44,002 nucleotides of DNA, taken from positions 1 to 44,002 of the forward strand of contig JAGAEL010000174.1 in NCBI GenBank assembly GCA_017613085.1, in the 5' to 3' direction. Source of the DNA: Kiritimatiellia bacterium. GTDB lineage: Bacteria > Verrucomicrobiota > Kiritimatiellia > RFP12 > UBA1067. Both the position numbers and the translations under genes were made by a program. Below, one piece after another: positions 24,435-32,423 of the stretch. The stretch's first letter is position 1. Each line of letters starts with the position of its first letter. The notes beneath the pieces were generated by a model. The model saw only the letters and a program-made list of their open reading frames with translations. It had not been told where the DNA came from and ran no database searches.

Positions 24435-24460
24435 CCCTCCGAGCAAGGAGGTAGACCCGT

Positions 24461-24895
24461 ATGGCTAAGCCCAAGTCAGAAGAGTGCGCGATGGACATGA
24501 CGCCGATGATCGACGTCGTGTTCCAGCTGATTATCTTCTTTGTCGTAACCCTCAAGATGACCGATGACACCAACAAGGACATCATCCTCGAAGAGGGCAA
24601 GGACGGCGAGACGCTCACGCAGGACAACATGCCGCCGACGACCTTGGAGATCGAGGTGGACGAGTTCGGCAAGATCTCCATCCACAACGCCAAGCTCAGT
24701 CCGTCAGACCTTGGCGCGATTCTCCGGAATCGCGTCAACAAGTACGGCAACGAGTTCCCCGTGCTGATCCGCGCCGACAAGCGGACCCAGCACAAGGACG
24801 TCAAGCGGGTTATGGACGTCTGCACGACGGCCGGCGTCTGGAAGCTCAGCTTCGTGGCGATCCAGGAGTACAAGGCGGGGAAGAAGGGAAGGTAG
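24461..24895 (+). CDS. exbD: ExbD/TolR family biopolymer transport protein (copy 1)
   Basis: MDMTPMIDVVFQLIIFFVVT signature and an AAGGAGG RBS. C-terminal region ILIRADKRTQHKDVKRVMDVC. Confidence 0.88.
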   Translation: MAKPKSEECAMDMTPMIDVVFQLIIFFVVTLKMTDDTNKDIILEEGKDGETLTQDNMPPTTLEIEVDEFGKISIHNAKLSPSDLGAILRNRVNKYGNEFPVLIRADKRTQHKDVKRVMDVCTTAGVWKLSFVAIQEYKAGKKGR

Positions 24896-24898
24896 AAG

Positions 24899-25306
24899 AT
24901 GGCGTACAAGAAAAAAGCGAACAGGGGCGAGAAGGTGGAGCTGTCCATGACGCCGATGATCGACGTCGTGTTCCAGCTGCTCATCTTCTTCGTCGTCACC
25001 TTGAAGCAGGAGGACATCTTCGCCAAGTTGACCGCCGCCCGCCCGGCGCCGAACCAGAACAAGGAGGAGGCCACCAAGCAGGATCCGCCCATCACCGTGG
25101 CCGTCGGCCGGGAAGGGTTCTTCTTCAACGACCGCCTCTGCACGCTGGACGACCTAGACCGGGGCATCGCGCGCATTTCCGGTTACAGCAAGACCGCGAT
25201 GGTCGTCATCAAATGCACGCAGGATTCCCCCCACAAGTTCTTGATCAACGTGTTGGACATCTGTTACAAGCACAAGATGGAGAACTTGAGTATCTTTAGC
25301 ATGTAA
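24899..25306 (+). CDS. exbD: ExbD/TolR family biopolymer transport protein (copy 2)
   Basis: LSMTPMIDVVFQLLIFFVVT signature. It starts 3 nt after copy 1. Confidence 0.88.
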   Translation: MAYKKKANRGEKVELSMTPMIDVVFQLLIFFVVTLKQEDIFAKLTAARPAPNQNKEEATKQDPPITVAVGREGFFFNDRLCTLDDLDRGIARISGYSKTAMVVIKCTQDSPHKFLINVLDICYKHKMENLSIFSM

Positions 25307-25328
25307 CCGAACAGGAAGGAGGTGCGTC

Positions 25329-27071
25329 ATGTCCGACAACAGCGCAACCGTCGATACGGAAAGAGTCGATGAACACCTGAAAGAAATCGACAAGATGTTT
25401 GAGACGCAGACGATTTGGCAGCGTCTCAGCATCTTGTTCACCGGATTGGGTAAACCGCGTTCCAGCAAAGAGTACAAGGAGGCGGTAATCGAGGCGCAGC
25501 GCCTGAGCGCGCCCGCCGCCGCAATCATCCTCCCGATCCTTTTCGTCGTGGTCCTCATCGTGATGTCCGCCGGGACGGCGGGGGAAGACCGTGTCATCGA
25601 GACGCAGGTCATGGAAGCGGAGACGATCAAAGAGTTGGAGAAGCCGGAGGAGATCAAGCCGCCGGAGGAGCAGGTGGATGTCGATATCGACATCCCCATC
25701 GACACCCCGAACGTCAACGTGGACACGACGGAACCGATCTCCAATCAGCCGATGAGTCCGCAGCCGGCGCCGATCGACGCCGCATTGACGATCAAAAGCC
25801 CCGTCGTCCTGAAGAACATCTACGGCGTCTCCCGAAACGCCGGTATGCGCGGCACAAGCCTCCGGAACTACGGCGGGGACAAGTATACGGAGAACGCCGT
25901 GATGGCCGCCCTCCGCTGGCTGAAGAAGACCCAGAACAAGGACGGTTCCTGGAACGGGCAGAACAAGATCGCGATGACCGGACTCGGCATCCTGACCTTC
26001 CTCGCGCACGGTGAAAAGCCGGGCGCCGACTCGCCGGAATTCGGCCCCACCGTCCAGCGCGCGCTGGAGTACCTGCTCGCCAACCAGCTCAAGGAAAACA
26101 GCGGCGGTCTGCCGAAGGGCACCTTCAAGGGGATGGACGGCAACTGGTATGCGCTGCCGATCGCCGCCTACGCCCTCTGCGAGGCGTTCGGCATGACCGG
26201 CAACCCGAACGTCAAGGATGCGGCGGAGGCCGCCCTCGGCCCGATTATCCGGGGACAGCACCCCACCGGCGGATGGACGTACAAGTGCAACCCCGCGCCC
26301 GACAGCAGCTACGCGAAATACGGAGGTTACCGCGACGACACCTCCTACATGGGCTGGTGCGCCCAGGCGCTGAAGGCGGCGAAACTCTCGCACCTCAAGG
26401 TGGAAGGGCTGCCCAAGGCCATCAAGCTCGCGATCAAGGGCTTTAAGAAGAACGCCCACAAGGAAGGCGGGTTCGGGTATTGCGGTCCCGGACGAGGCGG
26501 CTTGACCAGTGTCGGCACGCTCTGCATGATGCTCCTCGGCGCAAGCAACGACAAGGACGTGAAAAACGCCCTCAACCTGATGGAGTCGTGGAAGCCGTTC
26601 TTCGCCTCCAGGGCGGAACTCGACGCGCTCGCGAAGACGCCCGAGTTTGCGAAGAAAGGCAAGGAGGCCGTGAACGCCGCCACCAGTCGGCTCGTTTCGA
26701 TGAAGCTTCCGAAGGTGAGCCTCGGCGGGAGTACCCAGTATTACTTCTACTACGCCACCCAGTGCAAGTTCCATCAGGGCGGCAAGCAGTGGACCAACTG
26801 GAACACCGCCATGAAGCCCCCCTACGTCAAGGCGCAGATCATCGAGAAGGACGCCATCGAGGATATGAAGGGGAAGAAATGCGACATCGGCCACTGGCGC
26901 AACGCCGACCATTATTCCTCGGCCACCATGGACACCTGTCTCGCCGCGCTCCAGCTGATGGTCTACTACCGTTATCTGCCGACGACGAAACAGGATGCCG
27001 TCAAGGTCGAAGAGGAAATCACCGCCTCCGCGACCGACACCGACGACATCACCGTCGATTCCGTCCTGTAA
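25329..27071 (+). CDS. Membrane-anchored protein with a TonB-like Glu/Pro linker and a prenyltransferase/squalene-oxidase-repeat (alpha/alpha toroid) C-terminal domain
   Basis: TM helix AAAIILPILFVVVLIVM. Linker ELEKPEEIKPPEEQVDVDIDIPIDTPNVNVDTTEPISNQPMSPQP. Repeats of the terpenoid-cyclase type: AVMAALRWLKKTQNKDGSWNG, RALEYLLANQ, IIRGQHPTGGWTY, KKNAHKEGGFGY. Confidence 0.7.
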   Translation: MSDNSATVDTERVDEHLKEIDKMFETQTIWQRLSILFTGLGKPRSSKEYKEAVIEAQRLSAPAAAIILPILFVVVLIVMSAGTAGEDRVIETQVMEAETIKELEKPEEIKPPEEQVDVDIDIPIDTPNVNVDTTEPISNQPMSPQPAPIDAALTIKSPVVLKNIYGVSRNAGMRGTSLRNYGGDKYTENAVMAALRWLKKTQNKDGSWNGQNKIAMTGLGILTFLAHGEKPGADSPEFGPTVQRALEYLLANQLKENSGGLPKGTFKGMDGNWYALPIAAYALCEAFGMTGNPNVKDAAEAALGPIIRGQHPTGGWTYKCNPAPDSSYAKYGGYRDDTSYMGWCAQALKAAKLSHLKVEGLPKAIKLAIKGFKKNAHKEGGFGYCGPGRGGLTSVGTLCMMLLGASNDKDVKNALNLMESWKPFFASRAELDALAKTPEFAKKGKEAVNAATSRLVSMKLPKVSLGGSTQYYFYYATQCKFHQGGKQWTNWNTAMKPPYVKAQIIEKDAIEDMKGKKCDIGHWRNADHYSSATMDTCLAALQLMVYYRYLPTTKQDAVKVEEEITASATDTDDITVDSVL

Positions 27072-27077
27072 GGTCGC

Positions 27078-27923
27078 ATGACGACAAAGAGGATTGAAGA
27101 GCTTCTGCGTAACGGCGAAGGGCTTGCCGTCGAGTTTAAACGTTGTTCCGGCCGCATTGAGCACGACGTGTTCGAGTCGATTTGCGCGTTTTTGAACCGT
27201 TTTGGCGGGGATTTGCTTCTCGGCGTGGAGGACGACGGAACGGTTTGCGGCATAAAGGGTGATGTGGTCGCTCTCCGTAACAACATGGATTTTGTACCCG
27301 ATCCGAAGAATCCGATAATTGCTGCATTCTTCCGGGAGATTGGATACGCCGACCAGCTTGGATCCGGCGTTCGGAATCTTTTCAAGTACGCCAAGGCATA
27401 CGGAGGTTCCCTCCCCCGGTTGACGGATGGGGACGTTTTCCTGATCGAAGTGTCATTGAAGAATTTGCCTGTTGCCCCGATCAGTATGGAAGTTGCCCGA
27501 AAAAAAGATGCAAAAATTGTCGAAAAGCCAAGAAAAACGATAGAAAATGAAAGAAAAGTTGCCCGAAAACGGGACACGGAAGTTGCCCGAAAACAGGACA
27601 CGGAAGTTGCCCGAAAACAGGACACGGAAGTTGCCCGAAAACAGGACACGGAAGTTGCCCGAAAACGGGACGTAAAAATTGCTCGGCGGTTGAAGAAAGT
27701 CCGCCAAACGCTAAACCGTCAGGGACGGGCGGATTCCATCGAGAACGCGGTGGCCGTTTTTAAATGTATTGCGGAAGACGGGGGGCTTTCAATACCGGAT
27801 ATTGAACAGAGGACACGTCTGTCGAATGGTTCGGTGAAGAACGCGATTCGATTGTTGCGGGTAAACGGAATCATCGAACGTAACGGCGCCAAACGCAACG
27901 GTAGATGGGTGGCGTTGATGTGA
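27078..27923 (+). CDS. AlbA_2 (Schlafen-type) DNA-binding domain protein with a C-terminal winged-helix domain; putative transcriptional regulator
   Basis: N-terminus EELLRNGEGLAVEFKRCSG...FESICAFLNRFGGDLLLGVEDDGTVCGI is typical of the AlbA_2 domain. It also has a fragment of the RecG-like HATPase_c_4 region (FFREIGYADQLGSGVRNLFKYAKAYG) and a C-terminal wHTH (SNGSVKNAIRLLRVNGIIERNG). It starts 7 nt after the preceding stop. Confidence 0.7.
   Translation: MTTKRIEELLRNGEGLAVEFKRCSGRIEHDVFESICAFLNRFGGDLLLGVEDDGTVCGIKGDVVALRNNMDFVPDPKNPIIAAFFREIGYADQLGSGVRNLFKYAKAYGGSLPRLTDGDVFLIEVSLKNLPVAPISMEVARKKDAKIVEKPRKTIENERKVARKRDTEVARKQDTEVARKQDTEVARKQDTEVARKRDVKIARRLKKVRQTLNRQGRADSIENAVAVFKCIAEDGGLSIPDIEQRTRLSNGSVKNAIRLLRVNGIIERNGAKRNGRWVALM
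27555..27674 (+). repeat. In-frame 24-bp tandem repeat x5 (GAAGTTGCCCGAAAACAGGACACG; peptide EVARKQDT)
   Basis: Copies lie at 27555, 27579, 27603, 27627 and 27651; the three central copies are identical. Degenerate copies flank it (27489-27536 and 27675-27698). Confidence 0.9.
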
Positions 27924-27953
27924 CAACCGGTTTTGCGCGAAGGAGGAGAGGGA

Positions 27954-28889
27954 ATGAAACGAAGGGAGTTTTTGAAGGGTGCGGCGGCGTTGGGCGCCTG
28001 TGCCGTTTCCGCGCAGGACCACAGCCCGACCGGGCGCGAAGACCTGGATGCGATCCAGCGGGAAATCGACGAGGTGACGCCCGCGCAGTTCGTCGCGTAC
28101 AACAAGGCGGCGTTGCCGCTCTCCGTGTACACGCCGCTGGAGGGCGATCCCGGCCTCGCCGCGTTACGCCGGCTTGACGCCGCGTTCCTCAAGGTGGAGC
28201 GCGAGGTGCGCGAAACCCCGGTTTCCGCCGGCGGGGTTCCCGCCGTCTGGTACGTCTACAACATGGGTATCGTGGTGAAGACGGCGGAGCGCCTGTTCAG
28301 CGTCGATCTCAACCACCGTTTCGCCGAGCGGCTGGCGCCCTCGCTGGATTTCGCGCTCATCACCCACAACCACCTCGACCATTACACGCAGCGTTTCTAC
28401 GACGCGATGGACCGGGCGCACAAGACGGTCGTCAGCAACTTCGCCTGCAACTACGGCGCGTATTTCGCGAAACGGGGCGGCGGGTATACGCACGGCGGAA
28501 AAACCTTCCGTTTCGGGGATGTCGAAGTCAAGACATCGGCTTCCGATCACAACGGTTACCTGATTGATTTCACGCTGGCCTTTGAAATCTCCATCGGCGG
28601 TTTCCGCATCTACCACACGGGGGATTCCGCGAACCTTGAAAAGTTGAATCCCGCCGACGCGCCGGACTTGTGGATCGTGCATCCCCGTTGCGGCGTGAAG
28701 GTCGCCGAAGGTGTACGGAAATTCCACCCGAAGAAAACGGTGATTGCCCACCTGAACGAACTGGGGCATGGAAAGAACCGTTGGCGCTGGACGTTCGCCG
28801 ACGGTCTTCACGCCGTCGCCGCCGTTGAACAGGCGGGCGACGCCGCAGTGATCCCCGTCTGGGGGGAGAAGATCGGGATCAGCGGCTAG
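27954..28889 (+). CDS. MBL-fold metallo-hydrolase with a Tat-type signal peptide
   Basis: ATG at 27954 after AGGAGGAGAGGG. N-terminus MKRREFLKGAAALGACAVSAQ carries a twin-arginine signal. HxHxDH motif is ITHNHLDHY, with a later YHTGDS. Confidence 0.8.
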   Translation: MKRREFLKGAAALGACAVSAQDHSPTGREDLDAIQREIDEVTPAQFVAYNKAALPLSVYTPLEGDPGLAALRRLDAAFLKVEREVRETPVSAGGVPAVWYVYNMGIVVKTAERLFSVDLNHRFAERLAPSLDFALITHNHLDHYTQRFYDAMDRAHKTVVSNFACNYGAYFAKRGGGYTHGGKTFRFGDVEVKTSASDHNGYLIDFTLAFEISIGGFRIYHTGDSANLEKLNPADAPDLWIVHPRCGVKVAEGVRKFHPKKTVIAHLNELGHGKNRWRWTFADGLHAVAAVEQAGDAAVIPVWGEKIGISG

Positions 28890-28921
28890 CGGGTGGTGAC
28901 TACGGAAAAGGAGGTTACGGT

Positions 28922-30898
28922 ATGATTGATTTTTTGATGAAGGTTTTCGGGTTCATCGGCAAGAGCATCCTGGGATGCCTGGTGATGATTGTCGTGCTGG
29001 GGATCATCGGGCTTTGTCTGCCGAACAAGGGCAAGAAGGGCGACGCGGGGGATGAACCGCAACCGGCCGCGCAGACGCAAACCGCCGACTCCAAGTCGGA
29101 GAAGGGGAAAGCAGAGGCGGGGAGTTACGACGCCGAGGCGGAACTGAAGAAAGCGCTGGCCGATCTGGACGCGCTGGTCGGTCTGGAACAGGTAAAACGC
29201 GAAATCCGCAAGATCGTCAACCAGGAGCGGGTAAAGGCGGCGCAGCGCGAACAGGGGTACGAGGGAGTCGCCGCATCCCGTTCGCTGCACATGATTTTCA
29301 CGGGGAATCCGGGCACGGGCAAGACGACCGTCGCGCGCATCGTCGCACGTATCTTCCGCGCGCTGGGGATCGTCAAGAACGACCACGTAGTGGAGACCGA
29401 CCGTTCGGGCTTGGTGGGGAGTTACATGGGCGAGACCGCCATCAAGACCTCCGCCGTCATCGACGAGGCGGTCGGCATTCCCCAGAAGACCGGGAAGGAC
29501 GGCAAGCCGCGCGCGTTGACCGCCGCCGAACGGGCGGCGGCTTCGGCGAAGGCGCCGGGCGGCGTCCTTTTCGTGGACGAGGCGTACCAGCTCTATTCCT
29601 CCGACTCCGACGACTACGGCAAGGAAGCGATCGCGACGCTGCTGAAGCGCATGGAGGACGAACGCGGCAAACTGATCGTGATCGCGGCGGGCTATACCGA
29701 CGAAATGCGCGATTTCCTCGGCGCGAACTCCGGCTTGGCGAGCCGCTTCGCCATCAAGATCGAATTCCCCGACTACACCGCGCAGGAACTGGCGAAAATC
29801 TTCCGTTCCCAGGCGGCGAAGGGCGGCTATCGGCTCTCGCCCGCGCTGGAGGCGGGCTTGGACGACGCGATCATGAAATTGACCCGCCGGCGCGACAAGA
29901 CCTTCGGGAACGCCCGGTTCGTCCGGCAGCTTTTCGAGGACGCGATGGGACGGCAGGCGGACCGTCTGGCGGAGGCGGGGAACCTGAAAGGCGACGCGCT
30001 GATCACGCTGGATCTGGCGGATCTCGGACTGGGCGAGAAAGCCGCCGACATCCGCGCGCCGACGATCGAGGAAGTCCTCGCCGAACTGGACGGCTTGACC
30101 GGGATGCAGAGCGTGAAGGACGAGGTGAAGCGCCTGGTGGCGACCTGCCGCGCGAACAAGTTGCGCGAGGAGAAGGGGATCGAAGCCGCGACGATGAGTT
30201 ACAACTTCGTCTTCACGGGGAATCCGGGCACGGGCAAGACGACCGTCGCGCGGATCCTCGCCAAGGCGTTCCGCGCACTGGGCATCCTCGACCGGGGGCA
30301 TCTCGTGGAGACCGACCGTTCGGGACTGGTCGCGGCCTATTCGGGTCAGACCGCGCTCAAGACCAACAAACTCATCGACTCCGCCGTCGGGGGTATCCTT
30401 TTCATCGACGAGGCGTACACCCTCAACCAGGGGCAGAATGACACGTACGGATCGGAAGCCGTCGCGACGCTGTTGAAGCGCATGGAGGACGAGCGCGGGC
30501 GCATGGTCGTGATCATCGCGGGCTACAAGGAGGAGATGAAGCGGTTCTTCGCGGTCAATTCGGGACTGGAGAGCCGGTTCAACCGTGTGATGGACTTTCC
30601 GGATTTCTCGACGCGCGAGCTGGGGGCGATTTTCCGGCAGACGGCGAAGAAAAACAAGTACATCCTTTCGCCGCAAGTGGAACATTACCTGAACGCCTTT
30701 ATCGACATACGGACGGAGAAGCGCGACAAGAATTTCGGCAACGGGCGCTGGGTCCGGAACCTCTTCGAGAAGACGGTGGAACGGCAGTCGCTGCGAATCG
30801 TCGGCTTGAAAGACCCGTCGCCGGAAGAGCTGGTGACGATCCGCCTGAAAGACGTGGGCATCAAACTCAAAGACCCCGACGCCTCGACAGAGGACTGA
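28922..30898 (+). CDS. Membrane-anchored protein with two tandem CbbX/SpoVK-type AAA+ ATPase modules
   Basis: N-terminal TM ILGCLVMIVVLGIIGLCL. Module 1: LVGLEQVKREI...FTGNPGTGKTTVARIVARIF...LFVDEAY...ANSGLASRF. Module 2: LTGMQSVKDEV...FTGNPGTGKTTVARILAKAF...LFIDEAY...VNSGLESRF. AAGGAGG RBS. Confidence 0.85.
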   Translation: MIDFLMKVFGFIGKSILGCLVMIVVLGIIGLCLPNKGKKGDAGDEPQPAAQTQTADSKSEKGKAEAGSYDAEAELKKALADLDALVGLEQVKREIRKIVNQERVKAAQREQGYEGVAASRSLHMIFTGNPGTGKTTVARIVARIFRALGIVKNDHVVETDRSGLVGSYMGETAIKTSAVIDEAVGIPQKTGKDGKPRALTAAERAAASAKAPGGVLFVDEAYQLYSSDSDDYGKEAIATLLKRMEDERGKLIVIAAGYTDEMRDFLGANSGLASRFAIKIEFPDYTAQELAKIFRSQAAKGGYRLSPALEAGLDDAIMKLTRRRDKTFGNARFVRQLFEDAMGRQADRLAEAGNLKGDALITLDLADLGLGEKAADIRAPTIEEVLAELDGLTGMQSVKDEVKRLVATCRANKLREEKGIEAATMSYNFVFTGNPGTGKTTVARILAKAFRALGILDRGHLVETDRSGLVAAYSGQTALKTNKLIDSAVGGILFIDEAYTLNQGQNDTYGSEAVATLLKRMEDERGRMVVIIAGYKEEMKRFFAVNSGLESRFNRVMDFPDFSTRELGAIFRQTAKKNKYILSPQVEHYLNAFIDIRTEKRDKNFGNGRWVRNLFEKTVERQSLRIVGLKDPSPEELVTIRLKDVGIKLKDPDASTED

Positions 30899-31030
30899 CA
30901 TAACGGGGCGGTTGGGTACGCCCGGCCCTTCACTTCCCTTCATTTGTTTATTTACATCGGCGGCTGTTTTTGGCATATTGGTCGCGGAGTTCAAAAGAAG
31001 TTCCAGGAACGAAAGAGCAGGCGTAACACG

Positions 31031-31579
31031 ATGATCCTCCCTATTGTCAAATACGGTGACGAAACGCTTCGCGAGAAGGCCGTCCCCGTCAGTTTCGTCT
31101 CGGACGAAATCCGTAAGCTCGCGGCGGATATGTTGGAGACCATGTACAAAGCCCGCGGCGTCGGGCTGGCCGCCGAGCAGGTCGGCCGGCGCGAGCGGAT
31201 TTGCGTCATCGACGTACCAAAAGACTGTGAAAAGGAAGAGTACCGCGAATCCAATGAAGCCGCGATCCAGATGCCGCTCGTCCTGATCAATCCGGAGATT
31301 ATCGCATCCGAGGGGACGCAGCGCGACAACGAGGGTTGTTTGAGTTTCCCCAAGATCGGCAGTCCCGTCACCCGCGCCAACACGGTCACCGTCACCTTCC
31401 TCGACCTTGCCGGGATGCGCCAGACGGTCACCGTTTCCGGACTTCTCGCCCGCGCCGTCCAGCACGAGACAGACCATCTGAACGGCGTTTTGTTTGTCGA
31501 CAAGCTCAGTCAAGAGCAGTTGCTTTCCATCGCCGGGAAACTGCAGCGCCTCAAGACGGCGACCAAGCGCGGGAAGTGA
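31031..31579 (+). CDS. def: Peptide deformylase
   Basis: Motifs GVGLAAEQVG, EGCLSFP and HETDHLNG. ATG at 31031 (MILPIVKYGDETLR). A plausible promoter is TTTACA (30951-30956), 17 nt, then CATATT (30974-30979). Confidence 0.93.
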   Translation: MILPIVKYGDETLREKAVPVSFVSDEIRKLAADMLETMYKARGVGLAAEQVGRRERICVIDVPKDCEKEEYRESNEAAIQMPLVLINPEIIASEGTQRDNEGCLSFPKIGSPVTRANTVTVTFLDLAGMRQTVTVSGLLARAVQHETDHLNGVLFVDKLSQEQLLSIAGKLQRLKTATKRGK

Positions 31580-31630
31580 TTCCCGCCCGCCCCGCCACTT
31601 TGAACAACCCCAACGAAAGGACGTGTCACC

Positions 31631-32416
31631 ATGAAAAAGACGTTTATCACCCTGTTCCCCGCCATCCTGCTTGCAGCGGTCCCCTGCCTTGCCGAGGAGT
31701 GCCGTTGCGCCAAGCCCGCCTGTGCCGGCGGTAGATGCTGCGCCGAATCCGCCTGTCCCGAGACCGCGCCGAACACCCTCTCGCCCTGCGAGAAGAAGAA
31801 CGGCTGGAAGCTGCTCTTCAACGGGAAAGACCTCGACGGTTGGCGCTGCGCCAGAAAGGAAGGCCTCCCCGCGTCGGGATGGGTTGTGCGCGACGGCGAA
31901 CTGACGATCCTCTCCAAGAAGGAAGCGGCGAAACGCCCCGGCGACCTGATCACGCGCGACGTTTACAAGGACTTCATCCTGGAGGTCGAATTCAAGCTCA
32001 CCCATGCCGCGAACAGCGGCATCAAGTACTTCTACGACCCGAAGGTGAACGGCGGCACGACGCTGGAGTTCCAGGTGCTGGACGACAACCACCCGGACGC
32101 GAAGAAGGGGCGCGACGGCAACCGCCGTGTCGCGTCGTTCTACGACGTCATGCCGGCCGTCGGACAGGAACCCGTCCCCCTCGGGCAGTGGAACCGCGCC
32201 CGGATCGTCAGTCGCGGCAACCACGTCGAACACTGGTTGAACGGCAAGAAGGTGCTGACGTTCGAACGCGGCTCCCAGGCGTTCCGCGACGCCGTCTCCA
32301 AGAGCAAGTTCGCGAAGTGGCCGAAGTGGGGCGAGACACCCGCCGGGCATATCCTCCTGCAGGACCACAACGACCACGTCTCCTACCGCAACCTCAAAAT
32401 CAAGCCGCTGGATTAA
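31631..32416 (+). CDS. DUF1080 (3-keto-disaccharide hydrolase-like, concanavalin fold) secreted protein with a Cys-rich N-terminal segment
   Basis: Signal MKKTFITLFPAILLAAVPCLA. Typical DUF1080 blocks are GWKLLFNGKDLDGW, GELT, DFILEVEFKL, NSGI, EFQVLDD and GHILLQDHNDHVSYRNLKIKPL. Confidence 0.8.
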   Translation: MKKTFITLFPAILLAAVPCLAEECRCAKPACAGGRCCAESACPETAPNTLSPCEKKNGWKLLFNGKDLDGWRCARKEGLPASGWVVRDGELTILSKKEAAKRPGDLITRDVYKDFILEVEFKLTHAANSGIKYFYDPKVNGGTTLEFQVLDDNHPDAKKGRDGNRRVASFYDVMPAVGQEPVPLGQWNRARIVSRGNHVEHWLNGKKVLTFERGSQAFRDAVSKSKFAKWPKWGETPAGHILLQDHNDHVSYRNLKIKPLD

Positions 32417-32423
32417 CGGAAAA

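Noticed and set aside
25296-27164. 622-aa minus-strand ORF and the 26480-27097 plus-strand alternative frame
   Set aside because: These are shadow frames of the 580-aa prenyltransferase-repeat gene. They are Arg/Gly/His-rich and lack start context.
27489-27698. The 24-bp tandem repeat considered as a CRISPR array
   Set aside because: The units are contiguous with no spacers, lie in frame inside a well-supported CDS, and there are no cas genes. This is a coding minisatellite.
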